From NCBI GenBank assembly GCA_044226015.1, contig JBGAHS010000003.1, positions 672,001-736,000 on the forward strand: 64,000 bases of DNA. The letters run 5' to 3'. The stretch comes from Candidatus Obscuribacteraceae bacterium (lineage in GTDB: Bacteria > Cyanobacteriota > Vampirovibrionia > Obscuribacterales > Obscuribacteraceae). The notes under the pieces were generated by a model, which had not been told where the DNA came from, ran no database searches, and saw only the letters and a program-made list of their open reading frames with translations. Made by a program: the position numbers and the translations under genes. Numbering within the stretch: the stretch's first letter is position 1; every line of letters starts with the position of its first letter. Positions 50,266 to 59,236 of this stretch are shown here, one piece after another.

Positions 50266-51720
50266 ATGGAATTCCCAATTGCACTTGATCCCGAATCACC
50301 TATTCCAATCTACCTTCAGATTTCAAAAGCGCTGAAGGAGCACATCTTGTCTGGGGCTCTGGCAAAGGGAAGCAAGCTACCATCGACGCAATCACTTGCA
50401 GAGACCTTATCAGTCGGACGCAGTACAGTCGTGAAAGCATATGAGGATTTGAATAGTCAGGGATATTCAGTTGCTGTCGCCGGTGGCGGAACCTTCGTAA
50501 GTAATCGAGCAATTAAAATCACTGGCGCAGTTGCACCACAGAGAGACTTCCGCAATGCAAGTTTATCCAAATACGGAAAAGAACTTCTCCACATTGCTGG
50601 AAGCGGCGCAACATCAGTAGAAAACGAAATGCTGAACTATGGCGCACCTCCAGTAGACCTACTGCCTATAAAAAGCTGGAAGCAGCTTCTAATAAGCGAA
50701 TGCGAGGAATTCGATATTCAAAGCGGCGATTGGATTCCTGAGCCCTTTGGACTCTATCGCTGCCGCGCTGCAGTAGCCGAGTTCCTCTGCAGAAACAAGG
50801 GGCTCAAATGCAGTCCCGAGCAAGTGATGATTTTCGCTGGCTGCAAGGAGTCTTTTGCAGTCGCCACCAAGTTGCTGGTTGACCCAGGTGACGCAGTAGC
50901 GATCGAGAACCCGAGTTATGAAGATCCCCGGAATTTGTTCGCGTTATCTAGAGCAGAGATTCAGCCAATAAATTGCGATGACCAGGGCATGATTGTGGAC
51001 GAACTCTTTGCGCAAAATAGACCTGCGCGATTTGTTTACGTCACGCCATCCCAGGACCCCACGGGAGTTGTGATGCCAATGAACAGGCGCAAAGCGCTGA
51101 TGGATTGGGCTCAAGAGAATGACACCTATATATGGGAAGAGGGATGGGATAGCGACTATAGCTATGGCTCAGCTCCACTACCTGCGGTGCAGAGCCTGGA
51201 CACACGCGGCAATGTTATTTACTCATACAGCTTCTGGAAAACACTCTATCCTTTAGTAACCCTCGGTGTACTTGTTTTACCGCCGCAACTGATCAACAGT
51301 TTTGAAAAGGCCAGACAAATCGGCGATATTCAGTTCTCCATGTTAGAGCAAAAAGCGCTAGCTAAATTTATTCAGGGTGGACACATGGAAAAGCACCTGA
51401 AGAAAACCAAACGAATTTTTGAAGAGCGGCGAAAAATTCTGCTTGAATGCTTGCTTCAAGAATTTCGCGGCAATATCGAAATTCCGAAGCAGAGTGCGGC
51501 CCTTCACCTTTGCGTGCGCTTTGCCAGCAGTTTCGAAAGAAAGAATTTGATCGCAGCGGCGCAGGCATGCAAACTTCCGTTTTATCCCAGCGCTGGATAT
51601 TACATGCAGGACGAACGCAATAACGAATTTCTGATGCCCTTTACTCTGCTTACCAGCGAAGCTCTTATTCAGAGGGTTCGAGATTTTGTGAATACGCTTC
51701 AAAGTACAGCCAGAGCCTGA
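50266..51720 (+). CDS. MocR/GabR-family regulator (GntR wHTH + PLP aminotransferase-like domain)
   Basis: PIYLQI...KLPST..LA..L.V.R.TV..AY..L...GY...GGGTFV wHTH. Also IENPSY, YVTPS.QDPTG and SFWK (PLP Lys position). Confidence 0.92.
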   Translation: MEFPIALDPESPIPIYLQISKALKEHILSGALAKGSKLPSTQSLAETLSVGRSTVVKAYEDLNSQGYSVAVAGGGTFVSNRAIKITGAVAPQRDFRNASLSKYGKELLHIAGSGATSVENEMLNYGAPPVDLLPIKSWKQLLISECEEFDIQSGDWIPEPFGLYRCRAAVAEFLCRNKGLKCSPEQVMIFAGCKESFAVATKLLVDPGDAVAIENPSYEDPRNLFALSRAEIQPINCDDQGMIVDELFAQNRPARFVYVTPSQDPTGVVMPMNRRKALMDWAQENDTYIWEEGWDSDYSYGSAPLPAVQSLDTRGNVIYSYSFWKTLYPLVTLGVLVLPPQLINSFEKARQIGDIQFSMLEQKALAKFIQGGHMEKHLKKTKRIFEERRKILLECLLQEFRGNIEIPKQSAALHLCVRFASSFERKNLIAAAQACKLPFYPSAGYYMQDERNNEFLMPFTLLTSEALIQRVRDFVNTLQSTARA

Positions 51721-52953
51721 GCCAAAATCACACAATTACACAGTTTCGCATGTGAGGATTCGCAGTCTGTGATATCGCCGCTACGCCTGCGCGCTGCGCT
51801 ACCATGCGTGGTATCACGTAGATCTTCGGGCCGTTTTTTCGGATCCAGAAAGTGCATCGCATCTGCTCAGAGAGACTCTCGTTTCAGCAGGCGCTTATCC
51901 GGCAGAATCCCGATGGATAGCCGCTTATAGCGACACAAGACTCTAGACACAGTTCAAAGATCATAGAGTCCGGACAAAAAAACTTCGGGAAAACAAAAAT
52001 GAGTCGAAAACAAAAATGAGGCACTTTGAATTGTAACGCGCCTTCGATTGAGCTTATGGACCGAGATTGCCCATAAAGGAAAAACAAATTCTTGAGCAAG
52101 CGATTTTGAAAAAAATGCAAAAACAGAAACTACTGCGATCAAAAAGTGACGAGAAAACGGAAAAACTCCAATTTTGTAAATCGGAGATCAGCTCGCTTGA
52201 GACGCGGATTTCAGGATGCAACGATTTGCGTAACAGCTAGCAGTCTTCACAATTTCAAGAAAAGTTGTTTCTGTTAGCGCTAGTAAAAGCTGTTTGCAGT
52301 ACAGGCAAAAAAGCAGTTTGTACCTGGGCCAGAATCGGCTGAACAAGCTGATTTCACTAGAGCACTGTGTAAAAACCGATCTGCACAATTACACAGTCTC
52401 GATCTGTGAATGGTATCAGATCAAACAGCTATTTCCAAAATCTCGCAGATCCTGTAGTCAGAAGGCTTTCGGGGTCTGCGAAGCTGCGATAAACATCAAT
52501 CATTTCACTTCTTGTGTAAAGAATGCAAAGCATTGTAAAGAGATTCTCCATGCAGCCCTTTTGCAGTGCCGAAAACGCTTGCTATCACTACGTCATGGAT
52601 CAATCAAAAACACGAGCGAGAAAAATTGCGTTCTGAATCTACCTAAAAGGAAGTTTTGGATCTGCGCGTACATATTGCTACTCTGAACTCACGTTTCGTT
52701 TTTCTTTATCTTTCGGAAATTCCCTCAACCCCTTTTCCCAACAAACTTTCATTCGAACATTTCGCTACCCAGTAGGGTGCAGTTCAGTACGCCAGCTACG
52801 TTCGACACATGTTCGAGCCTGCTAGGTTCATAACGCGTGTCGAAACGGACGCGCTCTGACTGCAATGTCTGCGGACAAAGTGTACAGACCGTGTCCTTAA
52901 CCTAACTGGCGTTGCAGGAAGCAATGTCGGTATCTCTCTTCATGGAGGTTCTA

Positions 52954-54069
52954 ATGACCGAACTCTTCCTGAGGCCTTATGCCGTGATCTTCCTCATCCT
53001 GGTCGCACCCTTCGTCTTCGGGTGGGCTCACAGGCAGATCACGATTCGTCATTCGTCCCTTAAGCCTCAGAAGGGACTGCGGACTCACAGCCTGCTCATC
53101 ATGGCAGCGTCTGTCTGTCTTGCACTTATGACGACCAACCTCACCATCGCTCTGATGGGACCCAAAGTCCCCGATGCGAAGGTGGAACACATCGCTGTTA
53201 TTCGGAAGGTCTGCCTCTTCATCGACCGCTCCGGTTCCATGACAGCGGTTCTCACCGAAGGCGCGAAAGAGCTGTCCGAAGACGAAGCTGCCGCCAAGTC
53301 TACCGCTGGTGCTACCGTCGGCGGCGGCGGCAACGACAAGCTCAGCCTCAACAGCGGCAACGGCGAAGATACAGAGGGCAAGTCCGACAAGGACCTGACC
53401 CGCATCGATGCTGCCCAGCTCGCGGCGCGTTACATCATCCGCAACCGGATGACGGACAACCCGAACGAGACGGACCAGTTCTGCATCTGGACCTTCGACA
53501 CCGATTCCTATAATCTGGCTCCGCTCAGCAACGACAAAAACGCGCTGCTGAAACGCGCCACGCACATCAGCGAGAACGTCGGCGGCGGCACCAACTTCGC
53601 TGGACCGTACGGCTACATCTCGGGAATCGGACCGTTGCAGAAGGCGTCGGACTTCTTCGGCAAGTACGCCACGCCCGACAGCGTCTCGGTGGTGATTCTC
53701 ATCACCGACGGTGAGGACGGCTTCCCGGAGGAACGCAAAAATCAGCTCCTCCAGCTGTTCAAGCAGCAGAAGCTGCGATTCTATGTCATCGGTCTCGGCG
53801 ACGGATGGAAAGAGGGTAACAACCTCGACCTCCAGAAATTCGCTGACGCGATTCATAAGGATGACCCGACCAACGGACTCGTTTTCCGTGCGTCGAATCC
53901 TGGTGCGATGCGCGCTGCGATGGAGACCATCAACAAGCTCGAGAAGGCGCAAGAGGTTGTGCTGGACCAGCAGGAATATAAGGAGATCTTCCAATACTTC
54001 TTGTATGCCGCCGCTGCGTTCGGTGCTCTTTTCGTGCTGCTCGCGCTAGCCGCGCGGCGTGTCCCGTAA
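52954..54069 (+). CDS. membrane-anchored vWA protein (MxaC/BatA-like), cluster 2
   Basis: GGAGG RBS. MIDAS DRSGSM, GGGTNF, ITDGE, I.KLEK, and N- and C-terminal TMs. Paralog of 36314-37303. Confidence 0.88.
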   Translation: MTELFLRPYAVIFLILVAPFVFGWAHRQITIRHSSLKPQKGLRTHSLLIMAASVCLALMTTNLTIALMGPKVPDAKVEHIAVIRKVCLFIDRSGSMTAVLTEGAKELSEDEAAAKSTAGATVGGGGNDKLSLNSGNGEDTEGKSDKDLTRIDAAQLAARYIIRNRMTDNPNETDQFCIWTFDTDSYNLAPLSNDKNALLKRATHISENVGGGTNFAGPYGYISGIGPLQKASDFFGKYATPDSVSVVILITDGEDGFPEERKNQLLQLFKQQKLRFYVIGLGDGWKEGNNLDLQKFADAIHKDDPTNGLVFRASNPGAMRAAMETINKLEKAQEVVLDQQEYKEIFQYFLYAAAAFGALFVLLALAARRVP

Positions 54070-54082
54070 AGGAGGACTGATT

Positions 54083-54664
54083 ATGAAGCATCTGAAAAGC
54101 CCGAGAAGCTGGGTGATCATCAGCTTCCTGGTCGGGTTCGTCCTGACCATGACAGGCTGGGTCTGGTGGGAACAGCAAACCCCCCAGACGCAGTACTACA
54201 ACAAGGGTCTCATCGCCTACAACACGGGCAACTGGGACCTGGCAGTTCGGCACTTCGACCGCTCGGTCGCAGAGTTCAACTCCGCCGACACTGCCGACAA
54301 AAGCGTCCTCAAGGCGCCGGCGTCGGTCGAGATGGCAGCTCTGGCTCAGTTCCACAAGTTCATGGCTCTCCTGAAAATGAAGAACGCCAAGTTGGCGGTC
54401 GACGCTATTAAGGAAAGCCTGAAGCTGAGCAGCGAGATGAACCTGAAGAAGTACCAGCTCAGCGACAGCGAACTGCGTCGCATCCAGGAACAGCGCTTCG
54501 ACGCGCAGACGGACCTGGAGATTCTCTTCAAGCAACAGGAGCAGATGGCACAGGGTGAAGGCAAGAACGGGAAGAAGCCCGGTCAGCCGCAGCCTGGCGA
54601 CAAGCCTGCCGACGACCCGGGCAATCAGCAGGGTTCCGGAAAGGGCAATCGCAACCAGCTCTAG
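54083..54664 (+). CDS. membrane-anchored TPR-like protein (MxaK/BatC-like), cluster 2
   Basis: AGGAGG RBS, TM helix, YNKG, LAV.A.KES..L and AQGEGK...GSGK tail. Paralog of 37323-37958. Confidence 0.75.
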   Translation: MKHLKSPRSWVIISFLVGFVLTMTGWVWWEQQTPQTQYYNKGLIAYNTGNWDLAVRHFDRSVAEFNSADTADKSVLKAPASVEMAALAQFHKFMALLKMKNAKLAVDAIKESLKLSSEMNLKKYQLSDSELRRIQEQRFDAQTDLEILFKQQEQMAQGEGKNGKKPGQPQPGDKPADDPGNQQGSGKGNRNQL

Positions 54665-54677
54665 ATAGGAGACCACC

Positions 54678-55805
54678 ATGCTTGGTATCTCATTCATGGT
54701 GCCCTATCTGTTCTGGATAGGGGCACCACTCGTGCTCCTTGCCGGACTCGCTCTGGCTTGGTACAGCACTAAGCTCACCGAGAGCACTCGTTCGTATTTC
54801 GGTGAGCTTGCTCTTCTTGGTCCGCTGAGCCCGAAGACGGTGAAGCAGACCCGTTCGCTCTGGGCACAGTGGATCGCGTTCTTCGTGATTCTCGTGACCG
54901 CTGCCGCTGGTCCCAGTGGCAATGACACGCCGTCGCTGGCACGTGCCGGCGCTCTGCAGGTCATGATGGTCTACGATGTGTCCAACTCGTGCGGCGCGGA
55001 AGACTACCGCGCCTACGTCCCGCCTGCACCCGGTCAAGAAGTACCTGGCTCGATGTACGCGTGGGGAACTCGCTGCGACATGGCGAGGCTCATCACCGAG
55101 CGCGACCTGCTTCCGATGTTGAAAGACAACGAAGTCGGTCTCGTCACGGTGGCGGGCGTCGGCTACAACATGTGGGACCTCACCAGGGACCACGGAGGTG
55201 CGCTCAAGTACGAGTTGCAGAACTTCCTGAAACCTGGTGCCGCTCCTGGTGGCGGTGCTGATTACACCAGCGGACTGCGAACCGCGCTCAAGGGTTTCGA
55301 CTCGATGGGCAAAGACGACAGCAAAGAGCGCTTCATCGTGCTTTTCGCTGACGGCGGTTTCACCGGCGACCCGGCTGAACTGGACAAGGTTCTGGCTGAG
55401 TTGAACAAGCGCAAGATTCACCTCCTCATCGTGGGGCTCGGCGGTTTGACACCGATTTCGGTGCCGACTTACGACTCGACGACCAAGCAGCGCAACGGTG
55501 CCTACGAAGGTACGACTGCTTACGAGAAGGCGACTCTCGAGCACATGCGCGATGTGGTGCAGGGCTCTGTCCTCATCCACGCCGCTCCGGGTTCTGGTCC
55601 GGTCACGTACAACTTCCCTGCCAAGGCGGGTGGGCTGTACGCTGTGCCGAAGCAGTCCAACCTCTACCCCTGGCTTCTGCTGGTCGACATGCTGCTCCTC
55701 GTGAGCATCACGTTCGGCGGCGGTGGCTTGCCTCGTCGCAGCCTGGTCGTGCCGCTCTTCAAAGAGCCGTACGACTGGGTCAAGGGGAAAATCAGCCGGT
55801 CCTAG
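54678..55805 (+). CDS. membrane-anchored vWA protein (MxaL/BatB-like), cluster 2
   Basis: MIDAS DVSNSCGAEDYR, WGTR.DMA, DLT.D and DGGF.G.P.EL.KV..ELNK. Paralog of 37978-39033. Confidence 0.85.
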   Translation: MLGISFMVPYLFWIGAPLVLLAGLALAWYSTKLTESTRSYFGELALLGPLSPKTVKQTRSLWAQWIAFFVILVTAAAGPSGNDTPSLARAGALQVMMVYDVSNSCGAEDYRAYVPPAPGQEVPGSMYAWGTRCDMARLITERDLLPMLKDNEVGLVTVAGVGYNMWDLTRDHGGALKYELQNFLKPGAAPGGGADYTSGLRTALKGFDSMGKDDSKERFIVLFADGGFTGDPAELDKVLAELNKRKIHLLIVGLGGLTPISVPTYDSTTKQRNGAYEGTTAYEKATLEHMRDVVQGSVLIHAAPGSGPVTYNFPAKAGGLYAVPKQSNLYPWLLLVDMLLLVSITFGGGGLPRRSLVVPLFKEPYDWVKGKISRS

Positions 55806-55867
55806 TACCGCGCAGTTTCTTCAACTCACGGCAAGGATTCCCCTTGCATACAAGAAGGATTGAAATC

Positions 55868-56944
55868 ATGACGAATCTCTCGCATGACGAACTCCGCGCG
55901 AAGTGCCAGAAGGTGCTGGCGGAGTACAACAAGTATGTCTACGGCTACGAAGACATCGGTCAGAAGCTGCTGATCGCGATCATCGCCGGTCGCGTCTGCC
56001 ACATCCTGACCGAAGGCGTTCCCGGTCTCGCCAAGACGCACAGCGTCAAGGTGATGTCCTACGCCATCGACGGCATGAGCTCCACGCGCATCCAGTTCAC
56101 CCCGGACATGATGCCCAAGGAGATCACCGGCGCCAAGATTCTCGACCTCGAGACCCGCAAGTCCCACATCGAATGGGGACCGATCCGCGGCGTCAACCTG
56201 GTCGTTGCCGACGAAATCAACCGCGGCAAGACCAACACGCAGTCGGCTCTTCTGGAGGCGATGGGTGAAGGTCAGGTCACGGTCGCCGGCGTTCGCGAAA
56301 AGATGGCCAACCCCTTCGTGGTCATGGCCACGCAGAACCCCATCGAACAGGAAGGCACCAACCCGCTGCCCGAAGCGCAGCACGACCGCTTCCTGTTCAA
56401 GATCGTCTTCGACTACGCCAGCGAAGACGCCGAGCTCAAGATTCTCGAGAACTCGGACCTCGGCGACTCCTCGGTCTACGACAAGATCGAGGCGCACATG
56501 TCGAAGGACGAAATCCTCGCCGCGCGCGCCTTCGTGGACTCGAGCATCAACGCGTCTCGCACGTTCAACAACTACCTGCTCAAGGTCTGCCGGACCACCC
56601 GTCCGGACAAGCCCGAGTTCAAGGAGTTCTGCGAGAAGCACCCGGAGCTGGCCAAGATCATGAACATGGTCAAGGTCGGCGTCGGTCCTCGTGCTCTGCA
56701 GGGTCTGCAGCGCGCGTGCAAGGTGCAGGCGTTCCTCTTCGGCAAGACCGAGGACGGCGCCGCGCGCGACTACGTCATGCCGGAAGACCTCAAGGCTCTC
56801 GCGCATGCCGTTCTTCGCCACCGCATCATCATGAAGGAGGAGGCTGCCTACACCAAGGGCGGTGCCGTCACTTCCGATGATGTGATCAAGGCGATTCTCG
56901 ACAACGTCTTCCCGATCGAGGACGTTCGCGAGTACAAGCGGTAA
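55868..56944 (+). CDS. moxR: MoxR-family AAA+ ATPase, cluster 2
   Basis: EGVPGLAKT, RIQFTPDMMP, VVADEINR, ATQNPIEQEGTNPLPEAQHDRF, GPRA and VLRHRI. Confidence 0.95.
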   Translation: MTNLSHDELRAKCQKVLAEYNKYVYGYEDIGQKLLIAIIAGRVCHILTEGVPGLAKTHSVKVMSYAIDGMSSTRIQFTPDMMPKEITGAKILDLETRKSHIEWGPIRGVNLVVADEINRGKTNTQSALLEAMGEGQVTVAGVREKMANPFVVMATQNPIEQEGTNPLPEAQHDRFLFKIVFDYASEDAELKILENSDLGDSSVYDKIEAHMSKDEILAARAFVDSSINASRTFNNYLLKVCRTTRPDKPEFKEFCEKHPELAKIMNMVKVGVGPRALQGLQRACKVQAFLFGKTEDGAARDYVMPEDLKALAHAVLRHRIIMKEEAAYTKGGAVTSDDVIKAILDNVFPIEDVREYKR

Positions 56945-57067
56945 GAAGTTCTCCCGGGCTGGGTCATAGACTCGACATGTTCGAGCACTAGACCCAGCCT
57001 TGCCTGTTGGGCGAGGGGGATTTACCGCGGTTTCTGATTCCCCAATGTCCAACAGTGGAGACTTCCA

Positions 57068-58084
57068 ATGGACCGCGAAGAAAATCTCGACATCATTCTC
57101 GACCTTCGGCGAAAGATTGCAGAAGGGGAACTCACCATCCGCTGGCCCTCGAGCGAAATGCTCGCCAGCGCGCTCTTCCGCCGCAGCAACCGCAAGGGGC
57201 CCGGCGATGATCAGGATGGTCTCAAGGAATACGAGGCTGGCGATGACCTCCGGCACGCCGACTGGATCGCAACCGCGTCCGAGTCGGACCCGAGCATGGT
57301 CATCATCAAGACCTTCCACGAACCGCGGGTGGTGCGCTTCAACGTGCTGATGGACGTTCACCCGTCCATGAGCTTCGGCACCACCGGTTCGCTCAAGAGT
57401 CGTCTGGGCGCACTCTGCGCCGGCTGCGGACTGATCACCGCTGCCAAGGCGCGCGAGAGAATCAGCTACGTCACGTTTGCTGGGCAACCGGTGACCGTGC
57501 GCAGGAACCAGAGCGCGACCCGCGTTCTGACTGATTTCCTCATGCACGCCATCGAGGACGGCGATGCTGCCAACAAGGCGGCGGCGAACTCGGAAGGCGG
57601 CGGCATGGCTGCTGCCTTCGACACGATCAACAAGAAGCAGCGTTCGTTCGTGCTTCTTGTCTCCGACTTCGTCAACATGTCGGAGGACGACTGGGAGGCG
57701 CTGCGCGTGTCCGGCTTCAAGAACGACACCGTCGCGGTGTTCGTTCAGGACATCCGCGAGCGAGAGTTGCCTGAGGTTCCCTGGCCGGGAGCCAGCTACG
57801 CCTTCGAAGACCCGAGCGGCAACAAGAAAACGCTCTGGGTCACTCCGGACCATTCGCCCAAGATTCTCGCGGGCATCACCGGCTTCATCTCGAAGCTGGC
57901 GGCGCGTCTGCTCAAAGCTGACAGCGTCACCAGCCGCGAGAAGTACCGGCAGAACTTCCGGAAGCACGAGGCTCAGGTACTCGACCGCCTCGAATCCTAC
58001 GGCATCAAGACCGTGGTCGTGAGCACCGAAGCGGAGATGGACTCTGTTCATTCCCTGCTCAGGGTGCTGGCTAACAAGCGCTAG
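57068..58084 (+). CDS. DUF58 / MxaS-like protein, cluster 2
   Basis: GPG, EY..GDDLRHADW..TA, DVHPSMSFGT, LVSDF and D.RERELP. Confidence 0.88.
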   Translation: MDREENLDIILDLRRKIAEGELTIRWPSSEMLASALFRRSNRKGPGDDQDGLKEYEAGDDLRHADWIATASESDPSMVIIKTFHEPRVVRFNVLMDVHPSMSFGTTGSLKSRLGALCAGCGLITAAKARERISYVTFAGQPVTVRRNQSATRVLTDFLMHAIEDGDAANKAAANSEGGGMAAAFDTINKKQRSFVLLVSDFVNMSEDDWEALRVSGFKNDTVAVFVQDIRERELPEVPWPGASYAFEDPSGNKKTLWVTPDHSPKILAGITGFISKLAARLLKADSVTSREKYRQNFRKHEAQVLDRLESYGIKTVVVSTEAEMDSVHSLLRVLANKR

Positions 58085-58094
58085 GAGAAGCGAT

Positions 58095-59177
58095 ATGTTC
58101 AAAATGATCAGAAAGTTGACTCTGGCGCTGTCGTTGGCTGCACTCTCTTTCGCGGGAGTCGCATTCGCCGATGACAGCAGCTCGAAGCTCCCCGAACCGG
58201 TTTCGCCGGAGCGGGGCGCTGTCGTCGACGGGCGTGTCAACGTCTACATCGGAACGCCGCGCGTCAATGCCTACGGCATCGGCGACAGCATTCCGGTGAC
58301 GCTCGTCTTCGAGATGATTCCACCCAAGCCGGAGGAGCTCAACAGCACCCCGGCTGCTCCTACCCCCGAAGCTTCCAAGCCCGGCGAGCCCATCAAGGCA
58401 CCGGAGAAGAAGCTGCTGCCGATGCCGCGCATCGATGTCGAAGGTCTTCTCATGCAGGTTCAGTCTGCTGAGAAACTCGATGTCGACATGCTCGGCGGCG
58501 CCCAAGAGGTGCAGCGCTACACGCGCGACGGCAAGGAATATCTGCGTGTGGTGTTCTACGTCTGGACCTTCGTCACGACGAAGCAGACCCAGGTCGACGT
58601 GAAGGCGGACTTCATGTACGCCTATCAGGCCCTGGAAGACGGAACGCCCGACTGGAAGAAGGCAAGCTCGCCAACCATCCACGTCGGCATCCGCAAGACC
58701 GCCGCAGACAACCAGACCAGGATGCGCGAGGGTGACCTCACGCTGAAGGCGAGCCCTCGGGTCGCCGCAGCGCCGTACGCCCTGGTCGGCGGTGTTCTGC
58801 TTCTGCTGCCGCTCTTCGGCGCGCTCGCCTTGACCGGCTACCGCCGCTACATGGAGCCCAAGAAGCTGAACGCCAACGAAAGTGCCTGGGCCGAACTCGA
58901 CGCCATCTTCAACGAGGCGGCGAAGTCTGGCTACAACATCGACGTGTACAAGAGCATCTTCTTCGTGCTGCGCCGGCGCTTCAACGTGCTGGCTCTGGAC
59001 GGCAAGGAACTCTTCGCTGCAGTCAAGGCGCACCCGGACCTGGCGTCGGCTCAGTTCAGTGACATCGAAGCGGTCTTCGGCATGGAAGCCATCTTCTACG
59101 CCAAGAACGCCCGCGTCACCGACGAGCAGAACCTGGCATTCGTGGAGGGCATCAAGAAGCTCATCCCGCGCCACTAG
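58095..59177 (+). CDS. MxaA/BatD-like single-pass membrane protein, cluster 2
   Basis: Signal peptide, GTPRVNAYGIGDSIPVT, DG.TPDW...SSP, TM helix and E.AW.E.D. Paralog of 41304-42341. Confidence 0.7.
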   Translation: MFKMIRKLTLALSLAALSFAGVAFADDSSSKLPEPVSPERGAVVDGRVNVYIGTPRVNAYGIGDSIPVTLVFEMIPPKPEELNSTPAAPTPEASKPGEPIKAPEKKLLPMPRIDVEGLLMQVQSAEKLDVDMLGGAQEVQRYTRDGKEYLRVVFYVWTFVTTKQTQVDVKADFMYAYQALEDGTPDWKKASSPTIHVGIRKTAADNQTRMREGDLTLKASPRVAAAPYALVGGVLLLLPLFGALALTGYRRYMEPKKLNANESAWAELDAIFNEAAKSGYNIDVYKSIFFVLRRRFNVLALDGKELFAAVKAHPDLASAQFSDIEAVFGMEAIFYAKNARVTDEQNLAFVEGIKKLIPRH

Positions 59178-59236
59178 CCTGAGCCCCCAGGTGGGAGGCT
59201 CAGGTCTTCCACCTGGTTTCAACAAAGGAAAATGCC

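Noticed and set aside
52802..56986. LexA/SOS-box-like ACATGTTCGAGC shared at about 52807 and 56975
   Set aside because: Neither site has the full GAAC-N4-GTTC. Both lie inside RNA hairpins, and two short matches could be chance.
55826..58240. 804-aa minus-strand ORF, and similar long antisense ORFs (e.g. 8247-9362, 30770-32227, 39041-40252, 48511-49758, 59252-60862)
   Set aside because: Each lies opposite a better-supported gene (motifs or RBS). Strong codon bias removes antisense stops.
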